Below are positions 17,930 to 26,751 of a stretch of DNA of 64,000 bases, piece by piece; position 1 is the stretch's first letter, and each line of letters opens with the position of its first letter. The DNA comes from Bdellovibrionales bacterium. GTDB taxonomy: Bacteria; Bdellovibrionota; Bdellovibrionia; Bdellovibrionales; UBA1609. The stretch spans positions 2,710,539 to 2,774,538 of the forward strand of contig OZ241329.1 of the NCBI GenBank assembly GCA_965199825.1. Direction: 5' to 3'. The notes under the pieces are model-generated. The model had not been told where the DNA came from, did not search any database, and saw nothing but the letters and a program-made list of their open reading frames with translations. The position numbers and the translations under genes were made by a program.

Positions 17930-18357
17930 TTTTCAATCAGCGAGCGCGCATAGCTTGCCGACTGCCGTGTTCGTGTTGCCGAATCTTCCACTGGTAAGGG
18001 TTTTTTAGCGACCTGCTCTTCAAGAGGTTCATCAAAGCACGGCTCCCATTTTTCGATAATCGCATACTGCGCACTATTCGATTTTTGGGCAGACCTAAAC
18101 AAATTTTTATTATCTTTTTCGACCACAAAATAATAGCTGATTGCATCTTGATGCCCTAGCCAAACAATAGCCCGATAAACATCATTCTTTTGATGCATGG
18201 CTACCTTTACCTTATCGCTACGGGTATTCTGCACTACCACCGCAACCGTCTCACCATCGTAAATCAGGATATTGCCAAGTTCGATATGGGTATCAATACG
18301 ATCGCCGCGCAATTTGGTCGAATCCACAAAGAGCGGATTGTTTTTTGCCATTACCAA
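17917..18357 (-). CDS. Hypothetical protein, candidate partner of the ParA-like ATPase
   Basis: Its start overlaps the ParA-like stop by 7 nt. No recognisable motif. Confidence 0.5.
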   Translation of the reverse strand: MVMAKNNPLFVDSTKLRGDRIDTHIELGNILIYDGETVAVVVQNTRSDKVKVAMHQKNDVYRAIVWLGHQDAISYYFVVEKDNKNLFRSAQKSNSAQYAIIEKWEPCFDEPLEEQVAKKPLPVEDSATRTRQSASYARSLIEKWGF

Positions 18358-19130
18358 ATTTCCTCAGAAAGCTGTTGATAGGCTTTCGAGGCGGGACTTT
18401 TAGGTTTGTGTTTTCTTACCGGGCAATGACGATGATGGGCTTCTTCTACCGCAATATTATCAGGAATAAAATTCGTGTAAACATGCAGCCCATATTTATC
18501 ACGCACCTGTTGAATCACATCTTTAGCAATTTTGCGGTCACGAAATCGGGTGATCACAACACCCCGTACTCCAACTTTATATCCAAGTCCCATCCGAATA
18601 TTTTTGAGAGTTTCCAAAATCAGCTCGATCCCCTGAAGCGAAAAATATTCGGGACAGATAGGAATGATAATATCTTTTGAAGCTAAGAGCGCATTGATAG
18701 TCATCAATCCCAAAGACGGTGAGCAATCGATAATTGTTGAGTCATATTTGCGAGACACAAACTCTAGTTTTTTTCTTAAGATCCGTTCGCGCCCATAATG
18801 AGCTGCGAGTTGGACATCAATCCCGCTGAGCATGATCTCTGCTGGAATCACATCGATTTCAAATTCAGGCGAACTGACGATTGCCTCTTCGGCGGTGACC
18901 TTGCCCATAATCACATCATAAATGGTATGCTCAAAATCTCGCGAACCAAATATAGCGCGAGTCGCAGAAGACTGCGGATCAAGATCGATGAGTAAAACTT
19001 TTTTTCCGTTTTTTGCCCAGCTTGAAGCAACATTCAATGCCGTGGTGGTTTTGGCAACACCACCTTTTTGATTAATAACCGAAACTACAGACATGGATCC
19101 ATCATAGAAATGGTCCAGTGCGGCTCGCAA
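18351..19130 (-). CDS. ParA/Soj/MinD-family P-loop ATPase (orphan)
   Basis: Deviant Walker A VINQKGGVAKTTTALN, LIDLDPQ, and the C-terminal ...SPASKAYQQLSEEI. The start may be the ATG at 19094 (MSVVSVINQKGG). Confidence 0.85.
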   Translation of the reverse strand: MRAALDHFYDGSMSVVSVINQKGGVAKTTTALNVASSWAKNGKKVLLIDLDPQSSATRAIFGSRDFEHTIYDVIMGKVTAEEAIVSSPEFEIDVIPAEIMLSGIDVQLAAHYGRERILRKKLEFVSRKYDSTIIDCSPSLGLMTINALLASKDIIIPICPEYFSLQGIELILETLKNIRMGLGYKVGVRGVVITRFRDRKIAKDVIQQVRDKYGLHVYTNFIPDNIAVEEAHHRHCPVRKHKPKSPASKAYQQLSEEIW

Positions 19131-19172
19131 TCGATTTTAAAACCAAATCTGCGAGCCACGACCTTGGTCGAG

Positions 19173-19472
19173 CTATTTCGACATTTCTTCTACAACGCGA
19201 TCTGTTTCTTCATCACTATAAATTCCAAACCCATTGACTAAGACACCTTTGATGTCACGCGAACGTGACGAGATGGCATAAACAATGGACTGATCTGCTG
19301 GATCGGTATCATTATCAAAGCGAAAGTATTTATCGATTTTAAAATCTTCTGGAAAACGATCGTAAATACTTTCTCCGTCGTGTGTTGCATCTTTTCGCCG
19401 ACTAAAATCTTCGGAGTACCCATTCGCTTGTAAATCTGCAAGGGCTTGTGCCATTGTTTTTGGTTCGTTCAT
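19173..19472 (-). CDS. Conserved hypothetical small protein
   Basis: ATGA overlap with the upstream gene. The pattern ...KYFRFDNDTDPADQSIVYAISS....KGVLVNGFGIY resembles a small-protein family that I recall is often mislabelled in genome annotations. Confidence 0.5.
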   Translation of the reverse strand: MNEPKTMAQALADLQANGYSEDFSRRKDATHDGESIYDRFPEDFKIDKYFRFDNDTDPADQSIVYAISSRSRDIKGVLVNGFGIYSDEETDRVVEEMSK

Positions 19473-19651
19473 GACTTTCCTTTCTTTGGAGCTTTTGCTC
19501 CTGACGATCGTGCTTCTGACAACCCAATTGCGATTGCCTGTTTGCGACTTTTAACTTTTGTGCCGTTACCGCTTTTAAGTTCGCCGCGCTTTTCTTTGTG
19601 AAGGGCGCGCTCCACACTTTGAGATGCTTTTTTTGAAACCTTTTTGGCCAT
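19469..19651 (-). CDS. DUF6496-like small basic stress protein
   Basis: HKEKRGELKSGNGTKVKSRKQAIAIGLSEAR motif. The ATG at 19651 is preceded by AGGGAG. Confidence 0.55.
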   Translation of the reverse strand: MAKKVSKKASQSVERALHKEKRGELKSGNGTKVKSRKQAIAIGLSEARSSGAKAPKKGKS

Positions 19652-19699
19652 AATCGCTCCCTTTTTGAAAAACAAAGAGCAAACAAAAGGCCAAAAACT

Positions 19700-20566
19700 T
19701 CACTTCCTCCTAATTTCAAATCCTAAAAAACTTGGGGCAGATTTCCGATTGCGCTGATGCAGAAGTGAACTGACTTCGGCGCCAATAAAAAAAATCAGAG
19801 AAGAATAATAAACCCAAACCAAAAACACAATCATCGAACCTGCAGCTCCATAAGCCGCACCAATCGACGATTGGACAATGTACCAACTGATGCCCTCTTT
19901 ACCGATAACAAACAGCAGAGAGGTCAAAAGCCCACCTTCCATCGCATGTCTCCAAGGCAATCGTTCAGCGGGAAAAAACTGAAGCAAAAGTGTAAACACA
20001 ATAAAATAAAAAATGAGCGAGGCAGACACACTCCCTAACCAAATCACGATCGTCAGATCAGAATGAAAGCCCACATTCACCAAAGAGGATGCAATGATCG
20101 AGGCGATGACCGCAAAAGCGGTAAACAAGGCCAAAAACATCTGGAAAAGTTTGTCGCGTAAAAAACCGGTAATCAAGCGTGTTGTAGTGGCATTATTGTT
20201 TTGGGGGTTGAACTCAAAAATGCGATTTAAAGCGCTGCGAATTTGGCCAAAAACTAAACTGGCCGATAAAATCACCATGAAAATTTCAAACCATCGCATC
20301 GACGAATTCGTATGAGGATGGCTTTTCACATGATCAATCACACTAGATATCGTTTGGGTCGCTTCATCGCCCATAATAGAGTTTGTTTGGGATACCAGCT
20401 TCGATTCAATCTGCGCACTGTAGTGGCCAGAAAAATCGAGGATCAATACGGTGAGGGGTGCAAGAGATAGAGCGGTGTAGAACGCAACAGAGGACGCAAC
20501 CGTCATCATGTCATCGCGAAAAAATTTTTCATAAAAATCGAGTGCGAACTGTTTTACTGTCATCAA
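19700..20566 (-). CDS. YihY/BrkB family inner-membrane protein
   Basis: About six TM segments, an N-terminal DDMMTVASSVAFYTALSLAPL and a C-terminal GAAGSMIVFLVWVYYSSLIFFIGAE, both typical of YihY. Confidence 0.75.
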   Translation of the reverse strand: MMTVKQFALDFYEKFFRDDMMTVASSVAFYTALSLAPLTVLILDFSGHYSAQIESKLVSQTNSIMGDEATQTISSVIDHVKSHPHTNSSMRWFEIFMVILSASLVFGQIRSALNRIFEFNPQNNNATTTRLITGFLRDKLFQMFLALFTAFAVIASIIASSLVNVGFHSDLTIVIWLGSVSASLIFYFIVFTLLLQFFPAERLPWRHAMEGGLLTSLLFVIGKEGISWYIVQSSIGAAYGAAGSMIVFLVWVYYSSLIFFIGAEVSSLLHQRNRKSAPSFLGFEIRRK

Positions 20567-20598
20567 AAAAAAGGGGGCTTGATCAGCCCCACTTTGAC

Positions 20599-20868
20599 TT
20601 ACTTACCGTCAGATCCTTCAAGCTTCACAAGCTTGTTATAAAGTCCGAGCAATAAAAACGATGGAGCCCAAAGGCCAACAAAGTTTGCAGAATCTTTGCG
20701 AGTATTTCTAGCCGCAAGATATGCCGATAAGGCCATTGAACCCAAAGCCAACGCCAAATAACCCACTGATGGGACTTTTGAAGTTTGCTGTTCAATTGCT
20801 TTTGTCAAAACGCCTTCACGGTGTTGTTGACTTCCATTTAACTTATTACGGTCCATATTTAAATCCAT
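20599..20868 (-). CDS. Small membrane protein, hypothetical
   Basis: Two predicted TM helices. It occupies the same position as yqjK in a yqjD-yqjE-yqjK-like arrangement (inference only). Confidence 0.45.
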   Translation of the reverse strand: MDLNMDRNKLNGSQQHREGVLTKAIEQQTSKVPSVGYLALALGSMALSAYLAARNTRKDSANFVGLWAPSFLLLGLYNKLVKLEGSDGK

Positions 20869-20884
20869 GATTCACCTCTTAAAT

Positions 20885-21379
20885 TTAGTTGTAACGAACT
20901 TCAGAAGAGCCGCGATTTGAACCAGACTGTGATGAATAGTGGCTCACATCATTGTCTTTATTTTGGCGACGCGTTTCGCGCTCCTTAATCAAATCAAAAA
21001 TATAAGCACTAATAGCATGTCCAATCGAAAAGCCACCGCTCGCATCTTTTTTGGGACGCTCACTGCTTCTATCAAGGGCTCTGGTAAAATAAAAAACACC
21101 GCCAAAAATTATGGCGGAAATGAGTATTAACCCAAATCCCGCCACAGCTTTCGAAGAAAAATGGATCGAACCTGAAACGTCCAGCTGATTGGCGCATTCA
21201 ACCAATGTCAAAATCAACCCTGCAGAAAATAATATTGCTACAGAAACCGATCCAACGATCATTGCAAAAATACTACGACCAGCCGTCCTTAAGTAATCAA
21301 CAGGCTCCGATTTAGGCGATTTAGAAAACGACTGCATCAGGCTTGTTAAAACTGGAAAAATCATTTCAATCCATTTCAT
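20885..21379 (-). CDS. Membrane protein, hypothetical (occupies a YqjE-like position)
   Basis: Two long TM helices and a charged tail. It starts 5 nt after the DUF883 gene. Confidence 0.5.
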   Translation of the reverse strand: MKWIEMIFPVLTSLMQSFSKSPKSEPVDYLRTAGRSIFAMIVGSVSVAILFSAGLILTLVECANQLDVSGSIHFSSKAVAGFGLILISAIIFGGVFYFTRALDRSSERPKKDASGGFSIGHAISAYIFDLIKERETRRQNKDNDVSHYSSQSGSNRGSSEVRYN

Positions 21380-21384
21380 TTCAA

Positions 21385-21651
21385 TTACCTAGTCATGCGA
21401 CCGAGCAAAAATCCAGCAATACCCACTCCGATAATTGATGGAAGTGGATTTGATCGAACCCAGTCAAGTGAAGTCGAGAAGTTGTCTTGAACAACATCTT
21501 GAACATCTGACATTTTGTCCTGTGCAGTTTCCCAAGTGGATTTTGCATCGCTTGCTAAATCTTTAGCTTCGCGTTTTGCAGCGTCTGCTCCCGAACGAAC
21601 TGTGTCTTGAACTTTATTACCCATGTTATTCATAGCTTGTTTTGTATCCAT
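21385..21651 (-). CDS. DUF883 (YqjD/ElaB-like) membrane-anchored stress protein
   Basis: A hydrophilic helical N-terminal part and a C-terminal anchor, NPLPSIIGVGIAGFLLGRMTR. Confidence 0.65.
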   Translation of the reverse strand: MDTKQAMNNMGNKVQDTVRSGADAAKREAKDLASDAKSTWETAQDKMSDVQDVVQDNFSTSLDWVRSNPLPSIIGVGIAGFLLGRMTR

Positions 21652-21687
21652 TTTATTTGCTCCTTGATGTTTAGTTATGTCGTAAAA

Positions 21688-22329
21688 TTAGTTTTGTTGA
21701 ATGTACTGAGTGCCTGCAGTCATAACGCTCAAACCAACAGCCGATTTGCCGATGTAAAGAACATTTTTGTCTACGCGAACGGTCGTTAATTCTTCAGTGC
21801 CAGCTTTGCGGCTCGCGCTCACACAATCATCATTAACTTTAGCTGGAACACCAACTTTGTAATCGGTGATATTGCAAACTTTTGAGTCATTCAAGATTTT
21901 AACGCCGTCTTCACTTTGTGGAACGATCATAACATGTTTGTATCTAAGCTGAATATCGTGCGATTTGTCCGATTGATTTTCATCTTTTTTGATATCGCCT
22001 TCAGCATAAACTTCAACTGAATAAGCAACTGGGCCTTTGCAATCTGCGTCTGTGAAATGATTTGTTGCGAATGTTAGGTTGGCAGCGTGACGTGAAATCA
22101 CTTCTTGAGTCGCGCGATCAACTGGGTCATTCGATCCAGTAACTTTGTTGATGACACCTTTAACGGTTTGTTTTGGTGAAACAGCGCTACAATCATCTTT
22201 TTTAGCAAATGTTCCTGTGAAGTCTTTCATTTTTGATGACTCTTCAATATTACCGAACAGATCGTTGTTGCGGTTTTGACATGCGGTCACTGCAAGAGTG
22301 GCCATTGCGACTAATAACATTTTTTTCAC
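21688..22329 (-). CDS. Lipoprotein, hypothetical
   Basis: Lipobox LAVTAC at the end of the signal peptide. Confidence 0.6.
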   Translation of the reverse strand: MKKMLLVAMATLAVTACQNRNNDLFGNIEESSKMKDFTGTFAKKDDCSAVSPKQTVKGVINKVTGSNDPVDRATQEVISRHAANLTFATNHFTDADCKGPVAYSVEVYAEGDIKKDENQSDKSHDIQLRYKHVMIVPQSEDGVKILNDSKVCNITDYKVGVPAKVNDDCVSASRKAGTEELTTVRVDKNVLYIGKSAVGLSVMTAGTQYIQQN

Positions 22330-22428
22330 GGAAACCTCCTAAGGATTTGTGAATGTGGGGTTGTGCTCTTTGAAACACGAACAAAAATGGTGTTTTAAAA
22401 AGCGGTTTATCTCTACAGACTGTTCTAA

Positions 22429-22444
22429 AGCAAACAGCCTGCCA
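22429..22444 (-). promoter_or_regulatory. Sigma-54 (-24/-12) promoter candidate for the lipoprotein/DUF883 operon
   Basis: The minus strand reads ATGGCAGGCTGTTTGCTT, i.e. TGGCAG-N5-TTGCT with GG-N10-GC spacing, about 100 nt upstream of the ATG at 22329. Confidence 0.55.
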
Positions 22445-22503
22445 TTCTCAATTGAGCTGATTGTGCAAAGAAGAGGGAAGACTACTAAAAATGCCCCTCA
22501 TCA

Positions 22504-22710
22504 TTACATCTTGCGGGGTTTTTTTACTGCTCCAATGATAAAACTGAGAGTGGAAACTGTGATGAGTGCGATCAACATAAAAACACTCACATACTTAGCC
22601 ACCTCATTATTTGTCGAGACACCAAATGCGAGACACAAAAGGCCTGCGACCCAAAAATAAAATGAGTACTTCAGAAATTTGACGGGACGAACGCTTGAAA
22701 CAGATTTCAT
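22504..22710 (-). CDS. Small two-TM membrane protein
   Basis: 68 aa with two hydrophobic helices. A GAAGGAG RBS precedes the ATG. Confidence 0.5.
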   Translation of the reverse strand: MKSVSSVRPVKFLKYSFYFWVAGLLCLAFGVSTNNEVAKYVSVFMLIALITVSTLSFIIGAVKKPRKM

Positions 22711-22734
22711 ATTTTCTCCTTCAGCTTAAAACGA

Positions 22735-22761
22735 CTGAAGCTGTCAAAATAACAGCTTCAG
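22735..22761 (-). terminator. Stem-loop after the small acidic ORF (terminator/attenuator)
   Basis: Perfect 10-bp stem CTGAAGCTGT/ACAGCTTCAG with a 7-nt loop. On the minus strand it is followed by TCGTTTT. Confidence 0.5.
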
Positions 22762-22771
22762 TCTCATTCAC

Positions 22772-22903
22772 TTAATTTTCTTTAGGTTCCTCAACAGGGG
22801 CTTGAGGAATCTCAGGCGGAGGAGGATCGACAATATGATCCTGCTCGCTAATTTCGGGAATCTCATCCGGTGTACTTGGAGGAATTTCGTTTTCGTCTCC
22901 CAT
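22772..22903 (-). CDS. Unannotated 43-aa acidic Pro-rich ORF, coupled to the OmpA-like gene
   Basis: MGDENEIPPSTPDEIPEISEQDHIVDPPPPEIPQAPVEEPKEN. Its ATG overlaps the OmpA-like stop (TAATG). It falls below the ORF-track size cutoff. Confidence 0.4.
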   Translation of the reverse strand: MGDENEIPPSTPDEIPEISEQDHIVDPPPPEIPQAPVEEPKEN

Positions 22904-24222
22904 TAAGGAGTCACGATAATATCAACACGACGATTTTCAGCTCGTCCTGCTGAACGTTTGTTCGATGCGATTGGTTTTTCGAAGCTTGCACCTTGTGAAG
23001 TGACATTGCCTTTTTGAACCGCATTCGCCGACACAAGATATTGAGCAATCGTGTTTGCACGCTCTTCTGACAATTTTTGATTGAGTTTCGAAGTTCCACG
23101 ACCATCTGCATGACCTTGAACTACTACTTTTTTGTCAGACTTGATTGAACTCAAAATCTCAGTCACTTTTTTAAGTACTGGAATTGATGATTTGGTAATG
23201 TCAGCGCGTCCTGTAGGAAAGTTCATTCCTTTAAGACGAATAATGATTTGGTCACCTTCGCGAGCAACTTCAGCTTCGTCTTTGGTCAACTTGTTCTGAG
23301 CAGTTTCAAGGTACTTGTTGATCTTTTCACGAGCTTCAAGTTCTTGGTTCTCACTCGACATTTCGTTGAGTTCGCGTTTGGTCTCTACAAGATTTCCATG
23401 AACTGCATTTAACTGATCATGTTCTTTTACTTTTTCTAAAGCTACTTGCTCAGTCGACTCTTTACGAGTGTGTTTTGATTCAGCAAGAATTCGAGTCATC
23501 ATGTCAGCTTTTGCATTAATATCTGCTTCTAACTGATCAAGGATTTCAGGCTGGCGAACCGCAGCTGTCATTTTCAATTCTGCACTGTGAATCTGGGAAT
23601 AAAATTCGGCCAAAGATTTGGGGCTGTATTTTTCTGCGCCATCTTTATGAGCAGCATCAAAAATATTTCGAGCACGGCTTAAACGACTGCTTAAAACAGA
23701 CTGAACTTCTACGTTGAAGTAGTTTGTTTGGAGTGCTTGGCGGTCGGTCAAATTAGGATCGAAATTTCCTTTTTCGAACTTGCTCGCCATTTTTTTAAGG
23801 CGGTTGTCATTTTTTGCTAATTCTTGATTTTGATATTTATCAGCTTGAGCTTGAACTGCGCGACCACGAGCTTCAACAACATCGGGAATAACAGTTTGAG
23901 CACGGCTTGCAATTTCTTGAGCTTGATTCAAAGCGCCCGCACTATAAGAAACCGACTCAAGAATATCTGAGCCTTTTTTCTTATCGCGCAATTGCTCATC
24001 CGCTTTTTGTAGGTAGTACTGAGAAGCGGTAAAATATTTTGGAGCCAAAACGTCAACTTGTGCTTGTTGAGCAGCAGTCAATTCGCTGTGAAGGCGTTCA
24101 ACTTCAGCGTCAGGGCGTGCCGTAGCTGGAATATCTGCGCGTTGGATTCCTGATGAGCAGGCTGACAAAATCCCCGCTGCGAGAATTACATTTGTCAGGC
24201 CCAATAACTTACGATTCAACAT
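22903..24222 (-). CDS. OmpA-family lipoprotein with a long coiled-coil N-terminal region
   Basis: Lipobox ILSAC and a C-terminal OmpA-like peptidoglycan-binding domain (VVVQGHADGRGTSKLNQKLSEERANTIAQYL...NRRVDIIV). Confidence 0.85.
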   Translation of the reverse strand: MLNRKLLGLTNVILAAGILSACSSGIQRADIPATARPDAEVERLHSELTAAQQAQVDVLAPKYFTASQYYLQKADEQLRDKKKGSDILESVSYSAGALNQAQEIASRAQTVIPDVVEARGRAVQAQADKYQNQELAKNDNRLKKMASKFEKGNFDPNLTDRQALQTNYFNVEVQSVLSSRLSRARNIFDAAHKDGAEKYSPKSLAEFYSQIHSAELKMTAAVRQPEILDQLEADINAKADMMTRILAESKHTRKESTEQVALEKVKEHDQLNAVHGNLVETKRELNEMSSENQELEAREKINKYLETAQNKLTKDEAEVAREGDQIIIRLKGMNFPTGRADITKSSIPVLKKVTEILSSIKSDKKVVVQGHADGRGTSKLNQKLSEERANTIAQYLVSANAVQKGNVTSQGASFEKPIASNKRSAGRAENRRVDIIVTP

Positions 24223-24283
24223 TCTGGTATCTCCTTTAGTTTAGACAATAGAGTCATAGTTTTCATTTCGACCCTAGTTGTAT

Positions 24284-24299
24284 CGCAAGAGGAGTGCCA
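24284..24299 (-). promoter_or_regulatory. Sigma-54 (-24/-12) promoter candidate for the OmpA-like gene
   Basis: The minus strand reads CTGGCACTCCTCTTGCGA, i.e. TGGCAC-N5-TTGCG, a near-consensus match about 60-75 nt upstream of the ATG at 24222. Confidence 0.65.
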
Positions 24300-24547
24300 G
24301 CAAGAAAATCCGCTCCTACACCGAATTGCGCAGAAAATAATGAAATTTTGTCCCAAATTACCACGCGAGTGGGTGCAATAATCCCATAGATCTGATCTCT
24401 GGAGTGGTCCACTGGTCTTGGGTTTTAAGTGCAGGTACGTGATTGAAATACGTCGATCAAAATTTCAATAAGTTGTAAATTTGGGTAAATAAAAAAGTCT
24501 TTTGCGACCTTTTTTAAATTTTGGTCACGGAAGATATTACAGATTTT

Positions 24548-24760
24548 TTAAGGTTGAGACTCATAAGGTTTGAGAACTTCTTGTAATCGCTCCACTGCTT
24601 TCAAAAGCGGAATTTCGTATTTTTTAACGATCATCGAGGCGATCGCCTCAACATTGTGTTCGACACCATCTAGTTCTTTGAACTCGAGCTTGGCCCAGAT
24701 GTTTTTGATCTCACCTTTGGCTTTTTCCCAATCTTCTGCACTGATAGTTTTGTTCAGCAT
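24548..24760 (-). CDS. CsbD-like general stress protein
   Basis: The ATG at 24760 is preceded by GGAGG. WEKAKGEIKNIWAKL...ELDGVEHNVEAIASMIVKKY resembles the CsbD fold pattern. The ORF-track start at 24856 is probably too far upstream. Confidence 0.55.
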   Translation of the reverse strand: MLNKTISAEDWEKAKGEIKNIWAKLEFKELDGVEHNVEAIASMIVKKYEIPLLKAVERLQEVLKPYESQP

Positions 24761-24786
24761 AGAAATCCTCCAATTCTGGACCATGT

Positions 24787-24802
24787 TGCAGCCAGTAAGC
24801 CA
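24787..24802 (-). promoter_or_regulatory. Sigma-54-like promoter candidate for the CsbD-like gene
   Basis: The minus strand reads TGGCTTACTGGCTGCA (GG-N10-GC), about 30 nt before the ATG at 24760. The -24 element is weaker than in the other candidates. Confidence 0.4.
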
Positions 24803-24872
24803 AAAAGTCCCTCTTTTTATTGTTTCCATTTCACGATTTGGGTTTTTTAGCCCCATCGTATAGTTTAATCAT

Positions 24873-26261
24873 ATGCCTAGCTTGGAACGTCCAAAGATTT
24901 TAGTTATCGAAGACGACCCTGATGCTCAAGATCTCATCTCTGAGTTTTTTAAAAATAAAAACTATCAGATCATTACCTACACCTGTGCGGACTCGGTGAT
25001 CTTAGACTTTCAAAATAAAAAACTTCAGGTCGATATTATTATTTCTGATCTTAATCTTCCCAAAATGTCGGGAATGGAGCTCACCCAAAAGATGAGTGAG
25101 CTCGGATTGCAAATTCCGATTATTCTAATCACCGCTAATAAAAATGTCGAGATCGCTGCCGAGGCTATTCGTTCGGGTGCTTATGATTTTGTGGTGAAGC
25201 CCATTCGATTTCCACAGTTGTTGGTTTCGGTGGAACGTGCCCTTTATCTTCAGCACATCAAAACTGAAAATGTCAGCCTAAAGGCGGTGGTTGAGGATCG
25301 ACTTCAAAAGCCGACTGACAGAGTGGTCTTTAAAAGCCAAGGTTTTAAAAAAGTGTTTGAGACGGCCCTTCGAGTTTCAAACAGTATGGCGAATATTTTG
25401 ATCTCTGGCGAAAGCGGCACAGGTAAAGAAGTGATCGCCAAGACCATTCATCTTAGGAGTCGAAGAAAAGACAATCCATTTATCGCGATCAACTGCTCAG
25501 CCATTCCGGAAAGCCTGATGGAAGCAGAGCTGTTTGGTCATGCCAAAGGCGCTTTTACCGGCGCGATTGATCATCGGGTGGGTCTTTTTGAGGAAGCCAA
25601 CGGCGGCACCTTATTTTTAGACGAAATCGGTGATCTTGATGCTCACCTTCAGGCCAAACTCTTGCGTGTGATTCAAGAGAGAAAAATAAAACGGGTGGGC
25701 GAAAATCATTTTCGAGATGTGGATGTGAGAATCATTGCGGCCACATTTAAAGATCTTGGTTCTGAAGTGCGCATCGGAAATTTTAGGAGAGACTTATTTT
25801 ATCGCCTCAATGTGATTCCTTTACATATTCCTCCACTTAGAGAACGCAAAGAAGACATTTTGCCGCTTGCAGAATTTTTCTTAAAAAAGTTTGTGGCCGC
25901 AAATCAATTAGAGCAAAAGCACTTTAGCCCCTCAGCTGTCGAAAAACTTAAAAGGCAACCCTGGCACGGCAATGTTCGTGAACTTGAAAATGCAATCGAG
26001 CGTGCAGTGGTCCTCTCTGAACACCAAACCATTCATGCCGAAGATCTTTCTGATGCCGAGATTTTTCATGAACACGCGCCGCCCACTTTTGAGTTTTTGA
26101 GCACGGGTAAGGTATTAACTATCAATGACGTGGTTTCGAATTATGTAAAGCAGGTTTTAGCCAAGAATGGTGGGGCAAAAGAAAAAACGTCTCGCGAACT
26201 TGGTATTGACCGCAAAACTCTTTACCGAAAGATCCAAGACCTTGAGCGTGGATTGAATTAA
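24873..26261 (+). CDS. Sigma-54-dependent response regulator (NtrC family bacterial enhancer-binding protein)
   Basis: REC domain (DIIISDLNLPKMSG), AAA+ domain (GESGTGKE Walker A, GAFTGA loop, TLFLDEIG) and a C-terminal Fis-type HTH (TSRELGIDRKTLYRKI). Confidence 0.9.
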   Translation: MPSLERPKILVIEDDPDAQDLISEFFKNKNYQIITYTCADSVILDFQNKKLQVDIIISDLNLPKMSGMELTQKMSELGLQIPIILITANKNVEIAAEAIRSGAYDFVVKPIRFPQLLVSVERALYLQHIKTENVSLKAVVEDRLQKPTDRVVFKSQGFKKVFETALRVSNSMANILISGESGTGKEVIAKTIHLRSRRKDNPFIAINCSAIPESLMEAELFGHAKGAFTGAIDHRVGLFEEANGGTLFLDEIGDLDAHLQAKLLRVIQERKIKRVGENHFRDVDVRIIAATFKDLGSEVRIGNFRRDLFYRLNVIPLHIPPLRERKEDILPLAEFFLKKFVAANQLEQKHFSPSAVEKLKRQPWHGNVRELENAIERAVVLSEHQTIHAEDLSDAEIFHEHAPPTFEFLSTGKVLTINDVVSNYVKQVLAKNGGAKEKTSRELGIDRKTLYRKIQDLERGLN

Positions 26262-26275
26262 ACAAAGGATTAAAA

Positions 26276-26734
26276 ATGGCCGCACAACTTGATTACACAC
26301 AGAAGTTAAAAGGTTTTTTTTCTAAGCTATTTTTTGTTTATATGAAAACCTGCGCGATCCATGTCAACATCATCGGACCAAGATTTAAAGAAGTAAGAGA
26401 GTTGTCGGGCAAACAGTTTGAAGATCTGTTTGAGGCAATTGATGTGATTGCGGGCCGGATCCATGCCTTGGGTGAATCAACACCGCTCTTAAGTTTGCAA
26501 GGGGTGCTCGATACTTCTGAGATCAAAGAAACCAGTATTTTAAGTGGAAAGATGGATCTGGAATCGGCAATCCATGAATTGATTGATACGCATCATCTTA
26601 TTAGTGGTGAGGCGATGAAACTTGCCGGCTTTTGCGAAGATATGCGCGATGACCTGACTGCCGATTTGATTCGAGTTCGTGCGAGTGAACATGAAAAAGC
26701 TGCATCAGCTTTAAACTGTGTCCTGCAACAATAA
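26276..26734 (+). CDS. dps: Dps/ferritin-like DNA-protection protein
   Basis: The four-helix ferritin-like pattern (HVNIIGPRF..VRE...KQFEDLFEAIDVIAGRIHALG) is typical of Dps. Confidence 0.7.
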   Translation: MAAQLDYTQKLKGFFSKLFFVYMKTCAIHVNIIGPRFKEVRELSGKQFEDLFEAIDVIAGRIHALGESTPLLSLQGVLDTSEIKETSILSGKMDLESAIHELIDTHHLISGEAMKLAGFCEDMRDDLTADLIRVRASEHEKAASALNCVLQQ

Positions 26735-26751
26735 ACCAGAAGGAGACTTCT

